Source: a virus (lineage: Duplodnaviria > Heunggongvirae > Uroviricota > Caudoviricetes). From it: a DNA stretch of 64,000 nucleotides. How positions within the stretch are numbered: position 1 is the first letter of the stretch; every line of letters starts with the position of its first letter. The stretch lies in IMG/VR virus record IMGVR_UViG_3300037067_027627; one strand, 5' to 3'. Positions 1 through 9,108 of this stretch are shown here, one piece after another. The notes under the pieces are model-generated. The model did not search any database. It was not told where the DNA came from and saw nothing but the letters and a program-made list of their open reading frames with translations. The position numbers were made by a program, and so were the translations under genes.

Positions 1-451
1 GCGTTTGTTCCCACTTTGTTATTAATATATCTCTTTTAAACTTGCGATTTCTCTCGACATATGCTACTATAGCCCCGCCCAATGTCATCCCGCGCGGAAT
101 CACGAATATGCAACCGTGACTCGAATCCTCGATTTCCATGCGCGTCCACAAGTTCTGATCCTGCGATATGATACCGTCGATAATGGGTATTTTATACTCG
201 ATCCAAACCCCGCGCACGGTTCCAGATCCGAGTTCTTTGCTCTCCCTAGTGAACATCATAATATCGTCCACGATATGGTCGCATGTGGTGTACGCGCGTA
301 TGGATTTTAATTTCTTTGCGGTACCGATGTTGTCACCCGTGTGATAGACATCCATAAAGCAATCCAGATTTTTCGTCTGAAAAGGTTTTGTTATCGCGTT
401 GCCACAGACCGGGCAACTTACATCCAGAAAGATATAATCAAACATTCCCAT
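1..451 (-). CDS. Hypothetical protein, 5' part only; the ORF starts at the ATG at 451 and runs off the window start. It has a C-x2-C...C...H zinc-finger-like N-terminus.
   Basis: Hand translation of the minus strand from 451 gives MGMFDYIFLDVSCPVCGNAITKPF... with no stop before position 1. It is missing from the ORF track because it is truncated at the window edge. Confidence 0.5.
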   Translation of the reverse strand, partial: MGMFDYIFLDVSCPVCGNAITKPFQTKNLDCFMDVYHTGDNIGTAKKLKSIRAYTTCDHIVDDIMMFTRESKELGSGTVRGVWIEYKIPIIDGIISQDQNLWTRMEIEDSSHGCIFVIPRGMTLGGAIVAYVERNRKFKRDILITKWEQT

Positions 452-470
452 AATTGATCCTCTTTTAAAG

Positions 471-541
471 CGGGCGCGACGGGGGTTGAACCCGCGAAAA
501 CAGATTAAGAGTCTGTCGTGTTGCCACTACACTACGCACCC
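471..541 (-). tRNA. tRNA-Lys (anticodon CTT)
   Basis: Full cloverleaf by eye. Acceptor GGGTGCG/CGCGCCC, D-stem GTGT/ACAC, anticodon stem ACAGA/TCTGT with loop CTCTTAA, T-arm GCGGG-TTCAACC-CCCGT. Discriminator G and no encoded CCA. Confidence 0.8.
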
Positions 542-599
542 ATTGTAGTATAAAAGTTATCAGTGATAAGTATATATAGTTATCACAAATGGGTGATAC

Positions 600-1109
600 T
601 TATGGGGCATGCATGACGTACATGCGCAGCAAGAAATACCCAACCCCTAGAACCCCTGACGTTATTATGGTTGCAGATATTCCGATTGCCCATTTCTTTA
701 TGTTATAATAATCTGTTGCAAGATTTGTTAAGGTAGTTTGGTTTGTAGAAACTGTTTTTTCCATTAGTGCCGCGCGTGTATCATTTGCCAGCACATACGA
801 GTGAAACTCATCCATTGATTCTTTGACAATCACATGTCTGGACATATTGAGTTCGTCTATTTTTGCATAGAACTGGTCACGCGTGATATTCTGTTCGCTG
901 GATCGGATCGATGATTCTGTTAACGCCTTGATGCAATCACTCATTGTAACGGTTACTTGTTTCAAATCGGTAACATCCCGTGTTACGAGTGCGATATCTG
1001 TAACGAGTGATCCTGTTTTGTTAGACAAAATCTTGAATTCGTTTGTCATTTCCTTAAATGATTCATCGCGAATACACTCGTGTACTATAGTGTTTTTATC
1101 CACGGTCAT
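600..1109 (-). CDS. Hypothetical protein with a C-terminal hydrophobic segment
   Basis: 169-aa ORF. The C-terminus AIGISATIITSGVLGVGYFLL is TM-like. No homology recognised. Confidence 0.45.
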   Translation of the reverse strand: MTVDKNTIVHECIRDESFKEMTNEFKILSNKTGSLVTDIALVTRDVTDLKQVTVTMSDCIKALTESSIRSSEQNITRDQFYAKIDELNMSRHVIVKESMDEFHSYVLANDTRAALMEKTVSTNQTTLTNLATDYYNIKKWAIGISATIITSGVLGVGYFLLRMYVMHAP

Positions 1110-1218
1110 TTACAAAACCCCGCGCGCATGCAATTTTCATATGTTCACTGGGCAATGATATTATTTAAAGATGATCTTCGACGGAATATTAACTGTAAAA
1201 TAGTTCGGAAGAATGATA

Positions 1219-1291
1219 TACTCCCTCCGGGATTTGCACCCGGGTCGCCGGGCTGAGAACCCAGCATGATTGGCTGCTACAACAAGGGAGC
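1219..1291 (-). tRNA. tRNA-Glu (anticodon CTC), archaeal type
   Basis: Acceptor GCTCCCT/AGGGAGT and anticodon arm CTGGG-TTCTCAG-CCCGG. The variable region and T-arm ...GCGACCCGGGTGCAAATCCCGG match the archaeal tRNA-Glu pattern. Discriminator A. T-loop has G55 (TGCAAAT). Confidence 0.7.
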
Positions 1292-1299
1292 AATTACTA

Positions 1300-1373
1300 C
1301 GGGCGGGGAGGGATTTGAACCCTCGATCTTGGGTTCGAAGCCCAATGTGTTATCCGGACTATACCACTCGCCC
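1300..1373 (-). tRNA. tRNA-Arg (anticodon TCG)
   Basis: Anticodon arm TTGGG-CTTCGAA-CCCAA and T-arm GAGGG-TTCAAAT-CCCTC. Acceptor GGGCGAG/CCCGCCC has one A-C mismatch at 6:67. The D-arm is non-canonical. Confidence 0.55.
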
Positions 1374-1375
1374 AA

Positions 1376-1435
1376 TGTCCCGACCGGGAATCGAACCCGG
1401 AGCCTCCGCATTACCTGCCGCAAAGGTGTCAGGAC
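1376..1435 (-). ncRNA. tRNA-like minihelix or tRNA fragment: acceptor plus T-arm only, lacking D and anticodon arms
   Basis: GTCCTGA...CCGGG-TTCGATT-CCCGG-TCGGGAC-A. Acceptor strands pair with one G-U. Only 28 nt lie between the acceptor 5' strand and the T-stem. Confidence 0.3.
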
Positions 1436-1622
1436 ATCACCCTGTGTTTTAATCCTATTTTTTCATTCGCCGTGTGGTTGAGTTGCTAGCGTACCACGGA
1501 AGTTGCGGTTGCAGGTGCGGCGTGATCCCAATTTATCACCACCGGGACTCCTGTTACAATGATGCGGAGAGAAGTAATACACTGAGTTGTACAAGTTCAG
1601 GAGGTACTAGTATCCTCTCCTA

Positions 1623-1694
1623 CGGGTACACGGGGAGTCGCACCCCGATCTAGCGAGTGACAGTCGCTCATAATTACTGATATACTATGCACCC
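1623..1694 (-). tRNA. tRNA-Asp (anticodon GTC)
   Basis: Acceptor GGGTGCA/TGTACCC with one G-U. Anticodon arm AGCGA-CTGTCAC-TCGCT. T-arm CGGGG-TGCGACT-CCCCG with G55. Discriminator G, 72 nt. Confidence 0.6.
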
Positions 1695-1731
1695 AATTGC
1701 CTATAAACGTGGGAGTGGGTTAGTTATAAAT

Positions 1732-2154
1732 CTATTCACGTTTTTCCATTTCTCTGTCAAGAATATAGTTATCGCGTGCATGTTCGCGCACTGGTATCAA
1801 CGATTTCATAAAAGTATCTGCAAGTGCTTCGAGTTCATCATCTGATAATTCCATTTTGTCTGCAATTACCAGTTTTCTGAAATTGTTACGCACCTCTTCG
1901 ATTTGATCAAGACCGCGCGCGTACCAAACGTTTACCAGTGCGAACTCGCTCGGTGTCATGATGCCTTTAACAACACGGTGTCCGTGGATTCGTAATGCTT
2001 CGGTGTATTTTGATACGACACCTCTGCAATATTCTTCCACGTCTGTCATATCAGACTCTTTTATTCGCAGGAACCAAGCCTTATCGTGAATCATCCCAAG
2101 ATACGTGCTTGTCCAATGCCACCATTCGTCTGACGGGGTATCCCAATGCACCAT
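1732..2154 (-). CDS. Hypothetical protein
   Basis: The ORF-track entry 1732..2181 is trimmed to the second Met (MVHWDTPSDEWW...) so that it does not overlap tRNA-His. No homology recognised. Confidence 0.45.
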   Translation of the reverse strand: MVHWDTPSDEWWHWTSTYLGMIHDKAWFLRIKESDMTDVEEYCRGVVSKYTEALRIHGHRVVKGIMTPSEFALVNVWYARGLDQIEEVRNNFRKLVIADKMELSDDELEALADTFMKSLIPVREHARDNYILDREMEKRE

Positions 2155-2156
2155 AG

Positions 2157-2228
2157 GTGGATCGGTGGGAGTTGCACCCACCCCAAAACGGTCACAGCGT
2201 TGTATGCTACTGATACACTACGACCCAC
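2157..2228 (-). tRNA. tRNA-His (anticodon GTG) with G-1
   Basis: 5' G(-1)-TGGGTCG pairs with CGATCCA-C73. The anticodon loop CTGTGAC gives GUG. T-arm GTGGG-TGCAACT-CCCAC. G-1:C73 is the His identity element. The anticodon stem has only 4 bp. Confidence 0.6.
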
Positions 2229-2491
2229 ACTTGTTAGAACGGGTAAGGTAAGTCTTCCGCGCGCCGCCTCACCCATCCGGCCACGCAGTCATAGACTTGT
2301 GGTTTCGCGATACCACGTTAGATTGCTGCCTACTCGCATTCACTGTGCGTTGGCATGTCGAGGAAACTCACTCTCGCGGGTTACCCAATTCATCGTCCGT
2401 CCTTCTTTATGCAGTGATGCACGGAACACACTGGGTTTCAATCCTTATGAGATCGGCAACCACCCTCGGGACACTTGTGATTCGTGTCCGA

Positions 2492-2564
2492 TAGTCCCGG
2501 ACAGATTCGAACTGCCGTTCCTGCCTTCAGAGGGCAGAGTGATTGTCCACTACACTACGGGACT
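2492..2564 (-). tRNA. tRNA-Gln (anticodon CTG), archaeal type with A1:U72
   Basis: Acceptor AGTCCCG/CGGGACT. Anticodon arm CTGCC-CTCTGAA-GGCAG. T-arm GGCAG-TTCGAAT-CTGTC. Discriminator A. AGUCCCG...GGGACUA is the archaeal tRNA-Gln signature. Confidence 0.75.
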
Positions 2565-2691
2565 ATATACCGCGAAACGGAGTTGCGCCGTTGCTACAGC
2601 CTTATGAGGGCTGAGTGCTTCTGTTACACCATCGCGATATTACTATTTCTGTCAGCAAAGTTATATAAATGTTTGCGATTAAGTGTGATGT

Positions 2692-3204
2692 ATGGGGCAA
2701 CCGGGGTATTGTAAGGCGTGTAGGCGTCACGACGTAGAGATTCATAATCTGGATCGATTTCCGAATATCAGGGTGCTGATCCGTGGAAAATACGCGCGCC
2801 CGGGCGTAAAAGGTGATGAGTTCCGATGTTCTGGGATATGTACGGATTGCGAACAGCAGACCCGTGTTACCGCAGACGAATTGCTGCAAGTATCCAAATT
2901 GTGGGGGCAAAACGCCGTTCATGAAATGATTGCGATTAACGAGTATCTGAATTCCCTCGATCCCAATTCCAAATATAACGCCGAAGAACTTATATCAGGT
3001 GCTCCGGTTGCTATGCAGATAAACAAAGATCGTCGCGCGTCTATGGAGGGGCTTGTGATGGCAGCGGCACGTGTGCGCATAAGCGATGGAACTCCTCGTG
3101 ATATGAAAATGGCTGCGCGCAGTGTATTCATTCCGTTTTATGAGAACTGGGGGCAGCATGATATGATAAGAAAAGAGTTTACAGAGAAGTGGCGATACTT
3201 TTGA
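2692..3204 (+). CDS. Hypothetical protein
   Basis: 170-aa ORF that opens a run of plus-strand genes. No motif recognised. Confidence 0.45.
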   Translation: MGQPGYCKACRRHDVEIHNLDRFPNIRVLIRGKYARPGVKGDEFRCSGICTDCEQQTRVTADELLQVSKLWGQNAVHEMIAINEYLNSLDPNSKYNAEELISGAPVAMQINKDRRASMEGLVMAAARVRISDGTPRDMKMAARSVFIPFYENWGQHDMIRKEFTEKWRYF

Positions 3205-3268
3205 AGCGATCCTTTTTTAAATACTAGCGTGTCATCGATATATTGCAAAATGCAAATCAGGATAGAAG

Positions 3269-4102
3269 GTGACCAAAATATCAGATTGTGATGAAATCCC
3301 GGTTCTGAAACGGTATCTTCCGGATCTGGACAAAGTTTATGTTTACCCCCTGTGTGATTTACACTTCGGGGAAACGAAATCGTTTGATGAGAAGAAATTC
3401 AGGGGATATCTGAAAGTTATTGCAGATGTTCCGGAAGCATATTGTATTTTTAACGGAGACTTGATCAATTGTGGTCTCCCGGGTGGAACCGGAGGGGAAG
3501 ATTTTTGGACTCAAGATCCACTCACCCCGCAAGATCAGAACGACACTCTTGTAACACTCGTGCAGGAATACGGAATCGAGGATAAGATTCTCGCAATCGT
3601 TGGTGGATCAAATCACCCCGGGCGCGCAATGAAAGCGATTGGGCATAATTATGACAAGCAGTTTGCTCAGAATCTCGGGCTTCTTGATCGTTATGTAGAC
3701 CCCATCTGTTTACTGTTCCTCGGGGTTGGCAAGAGGAAGAAATCTACCGAAACGCATCATAAAGGAACATCGACGTGGTATTCAATTATCACTACGCATG
3801 GATGGGCCGGGGGACGTTTGGCCGGTTCAAGTATCAACTCGACGAGGGAACTCGGAGCTATTTACGCAGCGGATTGCGTGATTACATCGCACAGGCATCT
3901 TGATGCTGGGACGAAGGATGAGTTCTATCTTCCAGATTACCACAACAAGAGTGTAAACAAGATGAAGCGCATCTTTGTAAGTGCCGGAACATTCCTGAAA
4001 TACTCCCCATATGCAGTTCGTAAAGGTATGCGTCCGAACGGGACAGGCACTCCGCGTATCCGTTTCGACGGTACTAAAAAGGATGTGCATGTGAGCATCT
4101 GA
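3269..4102 (+). CDS. Calcineurin-like metallophosphoesterase
   Basis: Metallophosphoesterase motifs in order: CDLHFGE (D-x-H), FNGDLIN (GD), GGSNHP (GNH), ITSHRH. Confidence 0.7.
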   Translation: MTKISDCDEIPVLKRYLPDLDKVYVYPLCDLHFGETKSFDEKKFRGYLKVIADVPEAYCIFNGDLINCGLPGGTGGEDFWTQDPLTPQDQNDTLVTLVQEYGIEDKILAIVGGSNHPGRAMKAIGHNYDKQFAQNLGLLDRYVDPICLLFLGVGKRKKSTETHHKGTSTWYSIITTHGWAGGRLAGSSINSTRELGAIYAADCVITSHRHLDAGTKDEFYLPDYHNKSVNKMKRIFVSAGTFLKYSPYAVRKGMRPNGTGTPRIRFDGTKKDVHVSI

Positions 4103-4103
4103 T

Positions 4104-4514
4104 ATGGTGATCAAAGTAAAAAAGGATCTCCAAAAAAGAATAGAAACTTTTTTGCACACATGGCCTTCTACAGAAGAGTATGGAGGCTTCCTTTTTTCAA
4201 ATCGTATTGGGAACATATCAGAGTTTCTTGTTATCCCCAATGTGCACGATAGTCGTACAAATACGTACCAGATGCCACTTACTGCGAAAGCACTGGCAGA
4301 AAAGTTTGCAAGCGCACGTAAACTCAAGGTTGTTGCACATTGGCACAATCATCCAACGCCATGCGTTTGCAGCGAACAGGATTGCCGCGCGGCGTCTTAC
4401 TGGGAACCACTGTGGTCGGTAATGATATCGCCTACGGAAAGTGGAAGATACAAAAAAGAGTTCATCTGGTATTTCTACAAGGGTATCAAGCCCGAGAAAG
4501 TTACTTTTATATAG
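4104..4514 (+). CDS. JAB/MPN (JAMM) metalloprotease-like protein
   Basis: EYGGFLF...VVAHWHNHPTPCVCSEQD fits the JAMM pattern E-x(n)-H-x-H-x(7-10)-S-x2-D. Confidence 0.55.
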   Translation: MVIKVKKDLQKRIETFLHTWPSTEEYGGFLFSNRIGNISEFLVIPNVHDSRTNTYQMPLTAKALAEKFASARKLKVVAHWHNHPTPCVCSEQDCRAASYWEPLWSVMISPTESGRYKKEFIWYFYKGIKPEKVTFI

Positions 4515-4529
4515 TAGCACTCGTCTTTA

Positions 4530-4820
4530 TTGACTATGAAATTCAACAAGACGGAGTTCATGCTCGGGAATGTCAATCGGGAGGAATTGCTTTCCAATCC
4601 TCATCCTGCGACCGGATATACTATAGGCAACGGGTATGAAGAGTGTCGCCAGTGTGAATTCTGTGGACGGCAACTTCCGTATAAAAACACAGATACAATA
4701 TTCGAGTCGGAAGAATATCCGTGTTGGACTTGGAAGGCGTTGGTTGCTGGATATACTATATGTGATTATTTCCAAGAGAAATCTCAATATGTGATTGAAC
4801 GTATTACGCGACGAAGATAA
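4530..4820 (+). CDS. Small Cys-rich hypothetical protein
   Basis: 96 aa; C-x2-C...C pairs (CRQCEFCG). Confidence 0.4.
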   Translation: MTMKFNKTEFMLGNVNREELLSNPHPATGYTIGNGYEECRQCEFCGRQLPYKNTDTIFESEEYPCWTWKALVAGYTICDYFQEKSQYVIERITRRR

Positions 4821-4831
4821 CTATCAACTAT

Positions 4832-5470
4832 TTAAACCATCTTGGCATTTCGCCACTCTTCCATTTCGATGTGACGATTTTCCTTTGCGCATGCGCGCAG
4901 GTATGCAATGGCAGAGTCGGCATTCCGTTTATAGCTTATGAGATACATGGTAGATATCGCAATACTGTAGTCTTCGGATGGATTTCCGGTGATAGGGTTT
5001 TGTTTCATAATCCATTGCGAAATTTCATATGTCCCGTGCATCCATCCAACAAACGAATCAAATCCGATAATAAGTTCGCGACTTTTTATTGTAAGATCGG
5101 TTTGTGTCATTGCATCGTGAAGATTACGAACAAATGCCGTGTATTTTCTTATTACAGATCCGGAACAGTAATCTGGGTGAGGAAACCCGTGTTTATCTCT
5201 GCCCGGGTATCCTGCGCCCGGAGGGAGCTGCATATTCCTGCGATGATAATCCAAAAAATCACCGCTTTCAATACACTCAAGCAACTCCATCATGATGCCG
5301 GAGCACTTCGGTTCTATTATAGATACGTAATCCTCATGCGACAGTTCACCGTCTTTGAACTTCTTGTAAGTGCGATACAGGAGATCGTATGCTTCCGTTA
5401 TTCGCCATAGAATATGATCCTCGATCTGCATAATATTATATAATGAACAACCCATTATATAACTATGCAC
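4832..5470 (-). CDS. Hypothetical protein
   Basis: 212-aa ORF. No confident motif. Confidence 0.45.
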   Translation of the reverse strand: MHSYIMGCSLYNIMQIEDHILWRITEAYDLLYRTYKKFKDGELSHEDYVSIIEPKCSGIMMELLECIESGDFLDYHRRNMQLPPGAGYPGRDKHGFPHPDYCSGSVIRKYTAFVRNLHDAMTQTDLTIKSRELIIGFDSFVGWMHGTYEISQWIMKQNPITGNPSEDYSIAISTMYLISYKRNADSAIAYLRACAKENRHIEMEEWRNAKMV

Positions 5471-6235
5471 AAGAGAATGGATATTTCGTGCGATGATGCC
5501 ATCACTCGGTATTTATCTGGGTCTTCGATAAAACAAGTTGCAATATCATGCGGTTGTTCGTCAACAACAATAACTCGCAGATTATCCGATAAGGATATTA
5601 CGAAACGTCCAAGCGGGAGGGTCGGGGTTTATAAAGAAATGACCACGGATCTGGAGGGATTCATAATCGGGATGATGATGGGTGATTCTAGCTTTGCAAA
5701 TGCAAGGAAACGAAAACTGATATCGACCGAGCATTCGATAGCTCAAACTGGGTATTTAATGTGGAAATTTGATAAATTAAGTTATATTATAGGAGGTAAA
5801 ATATATTTTCGAGATCGGTTTGATACTCGAACAAACAGAACATATCACCCGATTGCGTACCATTCTGCAACACACCCCGCGATAGATAAAATGCATCGTG
5901 AGTTCTTTAAAACCGGAACAAAACAGATTACGTCAGAGTTACTAGAGAGGATAACACCGGAAGGGATTGCGGTGTGGTATTGCGACGATGGGTGCCTATA
6001 TAGAAATCCGATGCGGTATACGAATCAACCCACCATTGCTACAAATGCATTTGATGACGATTCTCGTAATCTAATGATGGGTATGTTCAAAGAAAAGTAC
6101 GGGTTGATATTCAAGGTAAACCGTTCCAATGGATCAATACGAATGTGTAATATCACGGGAATACAAAAATTCTTCGCATTGTTTGGTCGTTTTATTCCGG
6201 CTTGCATGGAATACAAAAAGGCGAGTGTATTATGA
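5465..6235 (+). CDS. LAGLIDADG homing endonuclease with an N-terminal HTH
   Basis: Two LAGLIDADG-type motifs, GFIIGMMMGDSSF and GIAVWYCDDGCL. The N-terminus ITRYLSGSSIKQVAISCGCSSTTITRRL is HTH-like. Confidence 0.65.
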   Translation: MHKRMDISCDDAITRYLSGSSIKQVAISCGCSSTTITRRLSDKDITKRPSGRVGVYKEMTTDLEGFIIGMMMGDSSFANARKRKLISTEHSIAQTGYLMWKFDKLSYIIGGKIYFRDRFDTRTNRTYHPIAYHSATHPAIDKMHREFFKTGTKQITSELLERITPEGIAVWYCDDGCLYRNPMRYTNQPTIATNAFDDDSRNLMMGMFKEKYGLIFKVNRSNGSIRMCNITGIQKFFALFGRFIPACMEYKKASVL

Positions 6236-7038
6236 AACCTCGCTGCCTATGTATAGGAGACATCCACGGGAGGGTAACCGCGCTCAATGAAGTGCTCGAC
6301 TCCGCAGATTTTCGGAATGATAAGGATCGGCTTATCACTCTCGGAGATGTGTGCGATGGTGGAGATGATACGCGCGGTGTTATCGATCGTCTTCTCCAGA
6401 TAGAAGATCGGACTGATATACTAGGTAATCATGATGTCTGGTTTAATCAATGGGTATCTTGGAACCGTGAGATATCATTGTGCCCGCAGGAGTATTACCA
6501 TTGGCAGTCGCAAGGTGGGATATGGACAGAACGATCATACGATTTCGATGTTAGAAATGTTCCAATAGAGCATCGTAACTTCCTGAACGGTCAGGTTCCG
6601 TATTATATCGATGATGATAACCGTATATTTGTTCATGGCGGGTTCAATCCAAACAAACCGATAGGGTGCCAAACGGTCGAGTATATAACGTGGGATCGCA
6701 CCTTGATAAAGAAAGCAAAATATCGCCCGATAAAGGGGTATAATCATGTGTTTGTTGGTCACTCGTCAACAATGATGTTCAAAGAGAAGATGACAACGAT
6801 TGCGGGTGGGCGGAAAACAGTATCCCACGTGACAATAACGCATCCAGTGACGTGGCATAATCTGACTATGTGCGACTGCGGGGGTGGATGGACTGGAAGG
6901 TTGGCTATGGTAGATGTCTCCAATCCAGACAATTACTACCTTAGCAGTTTCCAGACGGCAAACCCGGCTCCGTCAATTACCCTATTTGGTACTCTCTGTC
7001 CCACTTCTGACGTTCAGACGCAAGAGGATCGTAGGTAG
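6202..7038 (+). CDS. PPP-family serine/threonine phosphatase or ApaH-like metallophosphatase
   Basis: Motifs CIGDIHGR, TLGDVCDGGDD, ILGNHDVW and VHGG are the GDxHG / GDxxDRG / GNHE pattern. Confidence 0.7.
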   Translation: MHGIQKGECIMKPRCLCIGDIHGRVTALNEVLDSADFRNDKDRLITLGDVCDGGDDTRGVIDRLLQIEDRTDILGNHDVWFNQWVSWNREISLCPQEYYHWQSQGGIWTERSYDFDVRNVPIEHRNFLNGQVPYYIDDDNRIFVHGGFNPNKPIGCQTVEYITWDRTLIKKAKYRPIKGYNHVFVGHSSTMMFKEKMTTIAGGRKTVSHVTITHPVTWHNLTMCDCGGGWTGRLAMVDVSNPDNYYLSSFQTANPAPSITLFGTLCPTSDVQTQEDRR

Positions 7039-8188
7039 GATCAATTCCCAACCTGCGAAGATGATCGTCATACGTATCTTCTGCGCCTTTGGTTAAAGTT
7101 TTTGCAGTTGCATGTTTGGTTATCTTCTTCGGAGGGATCACTTTTCCATATGCGTAGAATTCTGCCCATTTTTCGACCAATTCTCTGGGAACTCCAAACG
7201 CAACAGCAGCTATGGCACGATATCCCTTCGCCTTTTCAAGTTCCCACGATACAGCATCCTTCGTCGGGATTACGTCGTGTTCCTCTACGAACTCTGGATC
7301 GGACGCATATAGTTCTTTCATAAGAGCTTTCTCGCATAATCCGTATCGGTGCACGTACTGTTCCCATGTTACGTCTCCGTTTTGTATCAGGCGTTTGACC
7401 GTGTTCATATGGAACTCTATGGATTTCTTCATCCCGCGCGGTTTGGGAAACATATTGGCATCCATTGCTGCATACACTGTGTTCAGGGAAGTACCAATAT
7501 ATTTGGAGATCCAACCTGCGGGTTTACACAATCTCAATTCCCTGCGAAGTTTCTCTATTCCCTGTACATCTATTACCGTCTTTCCGCCAGCAGGACGCCC
7601 GCGCCCGCGTGTTGTTTGTTTCTGTGGTTCTGCACGATACTTTGTCGTAGATACAGGAATTATATTTTCTTCTGCGCACGGCATATCGAGTAACCCGTAT
7701 TTAGCAACGATTTGACTGACAACAGTTGGTTCATATCCTGCGTAAGAAGAATCACATTTTCCACGTTCGCGTATTGCGTTCACATAATACATTTCAATTA
7801 ATCTTTGCAATTCGTAATTAGAAAGACTATTGAGTATTTGTTTCTCATCCGGGAACAATCCAAGCATTTCAAGAGCGCGATCGGGATCCTTTGCAAGAAG
7901 CCCACCGTTTCCAGAATGCAGGAAATCCATCCATTTCCGAATCGTGACTATTTCGTTCTGTGCAAGACTGCGATAAAAAATATCTTCCAGCTCTTTATCC
8001 GGCATCGGCCTGATAATACTCCCGCTTGTATAGAGATCTAATATTATACGTTCTTGAATTTCTGGAACTCTTACGAACGATGACGTATCCATAATATAGA
8101 CATTCTTACGTCCGGACAAACTAGTCCGGCTTGGTTTCTTGGGTCTGCCCCGTTTTCCCGGGTGACTTTTTACTAAATGCGCGGGCAT
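6977..8188 (-). CDS. Hypothetical protein with a basic AT-hook-like N-terminus (GKRGRPKKP)
   Basis: 403-aa ORF. Both GRPKKP and GRGRPAGG motifs suggest DNA binding. No further homology. Confidence 0.5.
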   Translation of the reverse strand: MPAHLVKSHPGKRGRPKKPSRTSLSGRKNVYIMDTSSFVRVPEIQERIILDLYTSGSIIRPMPDKELEDIFYRSLAQNEIVTIRKWMDFLHSGNGGLLAKDPDRALEMLGLFPDEKQILNSLSNYELQRLIEMYYVNAIRERGKCDSSYAGYEPTVVSQIVAKYGLLDMPCAEENIIPVSTTKYRAEPQKQTTRGRGRPAGGKTVIDVQGIEKLRRELRLCKPAGWISKYIGTSLNTVYAAMDANMFPKPRGMKKSIEFHMNTVKRLIQNGDVTWEQYVHRYGLCEKALMKELYASDPEFVEEHDVIPTKDAVSWELEKAKGYRAIAAVAFGVPRELVEKWAEFYAYGKVIPPKKITKHATAKTLTKGAEDTYDDHLRRLGIDPTYDPLASERQKWDREYQIG

Positions 8189-8281
8189 ACAATACAGAAT
8201 ACACGGAAAGATTAATAAAGGTTGCTGTGAATACGGGAATCAAACGATAAATCTTAATATGTAAACCAATGATGATGATAT

Positions 8282-8530
8282 ATGAAGAAGTCTTCCAAGA
8301 AGTCCAGTAAAAAGGACAGGAAACGCAAGCGCAAAGAGGAGGAAGACGAAGACGAAGACGAAGAGGAAGACGACGAGTGCACGTGGATGGAGAAACCGCA
8401 CACGTGTGAATTCCCGCTCGGTGAATCAGAGAACATGCCGTCGTCATGCAATCCAAGATGCCCGGCAAGACAACACATGAAGATGATTGTTGCTCAACGA
8501 GCAATAGATAACAGGAGGATGTATCAATGA
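8282..8530 (+). CDS. Small highly charged (K/E/D-rich) protein
   Basis: MKKSSKKSSKKDRKRKRKEEEDEDEDEEEDDE.... Chosen over the antisense ORF 8121..8558, which looks like a low-complexity artefact. Confidence 0.35.
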   Translation: MKKSSKKSSKKDRKRKRKEEEDEDEDEEEDDECTWMEKPHTCEFPLGESENMPSSCNPRCPARQHMKMIVAQRAIDNRRMYQ

Positions 8531-8587
8531 AACCAGACGAAGAAGAATTAAACCGCAAGCAGGTACAGAATTTCCAGATACCGTGTC

Positions 8588-8836
8588 ATGGGTATATGCC
8601 TTGCCCACGGGATGGTGCGGAGCCGATTCAAAATGGCAATTGATGAAATTTTTCTGGAAAATGATCCGTATCCCGGGAAACAGGAAATTATGGAACGGGT
8701 ATCGAAGGAACTGGATCGATCAACGAATTATACCATACACGTGAACGACAGTGTGAGATACGATCCTTATAAAAATGCATGGGTTCCGCTGCTTGAAATC
8801 CGAATATTCGCGGATACGGAAGTAAAAAATGACTGA
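8588..8836 (+). CDS. Hypothetical protein
   Basis: 82-aa ORF, co-directional with its neighbours. Confidence 0.4.
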   Translation: MGICLAHGMVRSRFKMAIDEIFLENDPYPGKQEIMERVSKELDRSTNYTIHVNDSVRYDPYKNAWVPLLEIRIFADTEVKND

Positions 8837-8851
8837 TGACACCGAAGAGAA

Positions 8852-9052
8852 TTAGTTTTTTCTCGCGTACACAAGATATAATCCTTTCCGCACAACAACC
8901 CGTATCTTTCGATATCCTTTTGTATCTTTAAGCCACTCTTTCAATTTATCTTTACATCGTATCGTGGTAGCAAATGCTTGAAAACTAAATCGCTCGTTCT
9001 CAAACCACCGTGTGCGATCCATCCAGTCTAGCGGATCCAGTGAGTATGCCAT
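8852..9052 (-). CDS. Hypothetical small protein
   Basis: 66-aa ORF. Confidence 0.3.
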   Translation of the reverse strand: MAYSLDPLDWMDRTRWFENERFSFQAFATTIRCKDKLKEWLKDTKGYRKIRVVVRKGLYLVYARKN

Positions 9053-9108
9053 AGATATTACATATCATCACGTGTATTTAAATATTATCACATTCAATTC
9101 TCATCAGT

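Noticed and set aside
116-1158. Plus-strand ORFs 116..310 and 883..1158.
   Set aside because: Both lie entirely inside longer minus-strand ORFs with better coding features (<1..451 and 600..1109). They are likely antisense artefacts.
2091-2714. ORF-track entries 2091..2276(-), 2146..2607(+), 2297..2494(+), 2484..2714(+), which would encode proteins across the tRNA-His / tRNA-Gln region.
   Set aside because: They overlap clear tRNA genes and highly structured non-coding sequence. Their translations are low-complexity with no start context, so they are artefacts of an ORF-free RNA region.
8121-8558. 145-aa minus-strand ORF antisense to the K/E-rich ORF.
   Set aside because: Its sequence (SSSSSSSSLRLRLRLPPL...) is the antisense shadow of a charged low-complexity coding region. 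The plus-strand neighbours are co-directional, so the plus-strand ORF was retained at low confidence.
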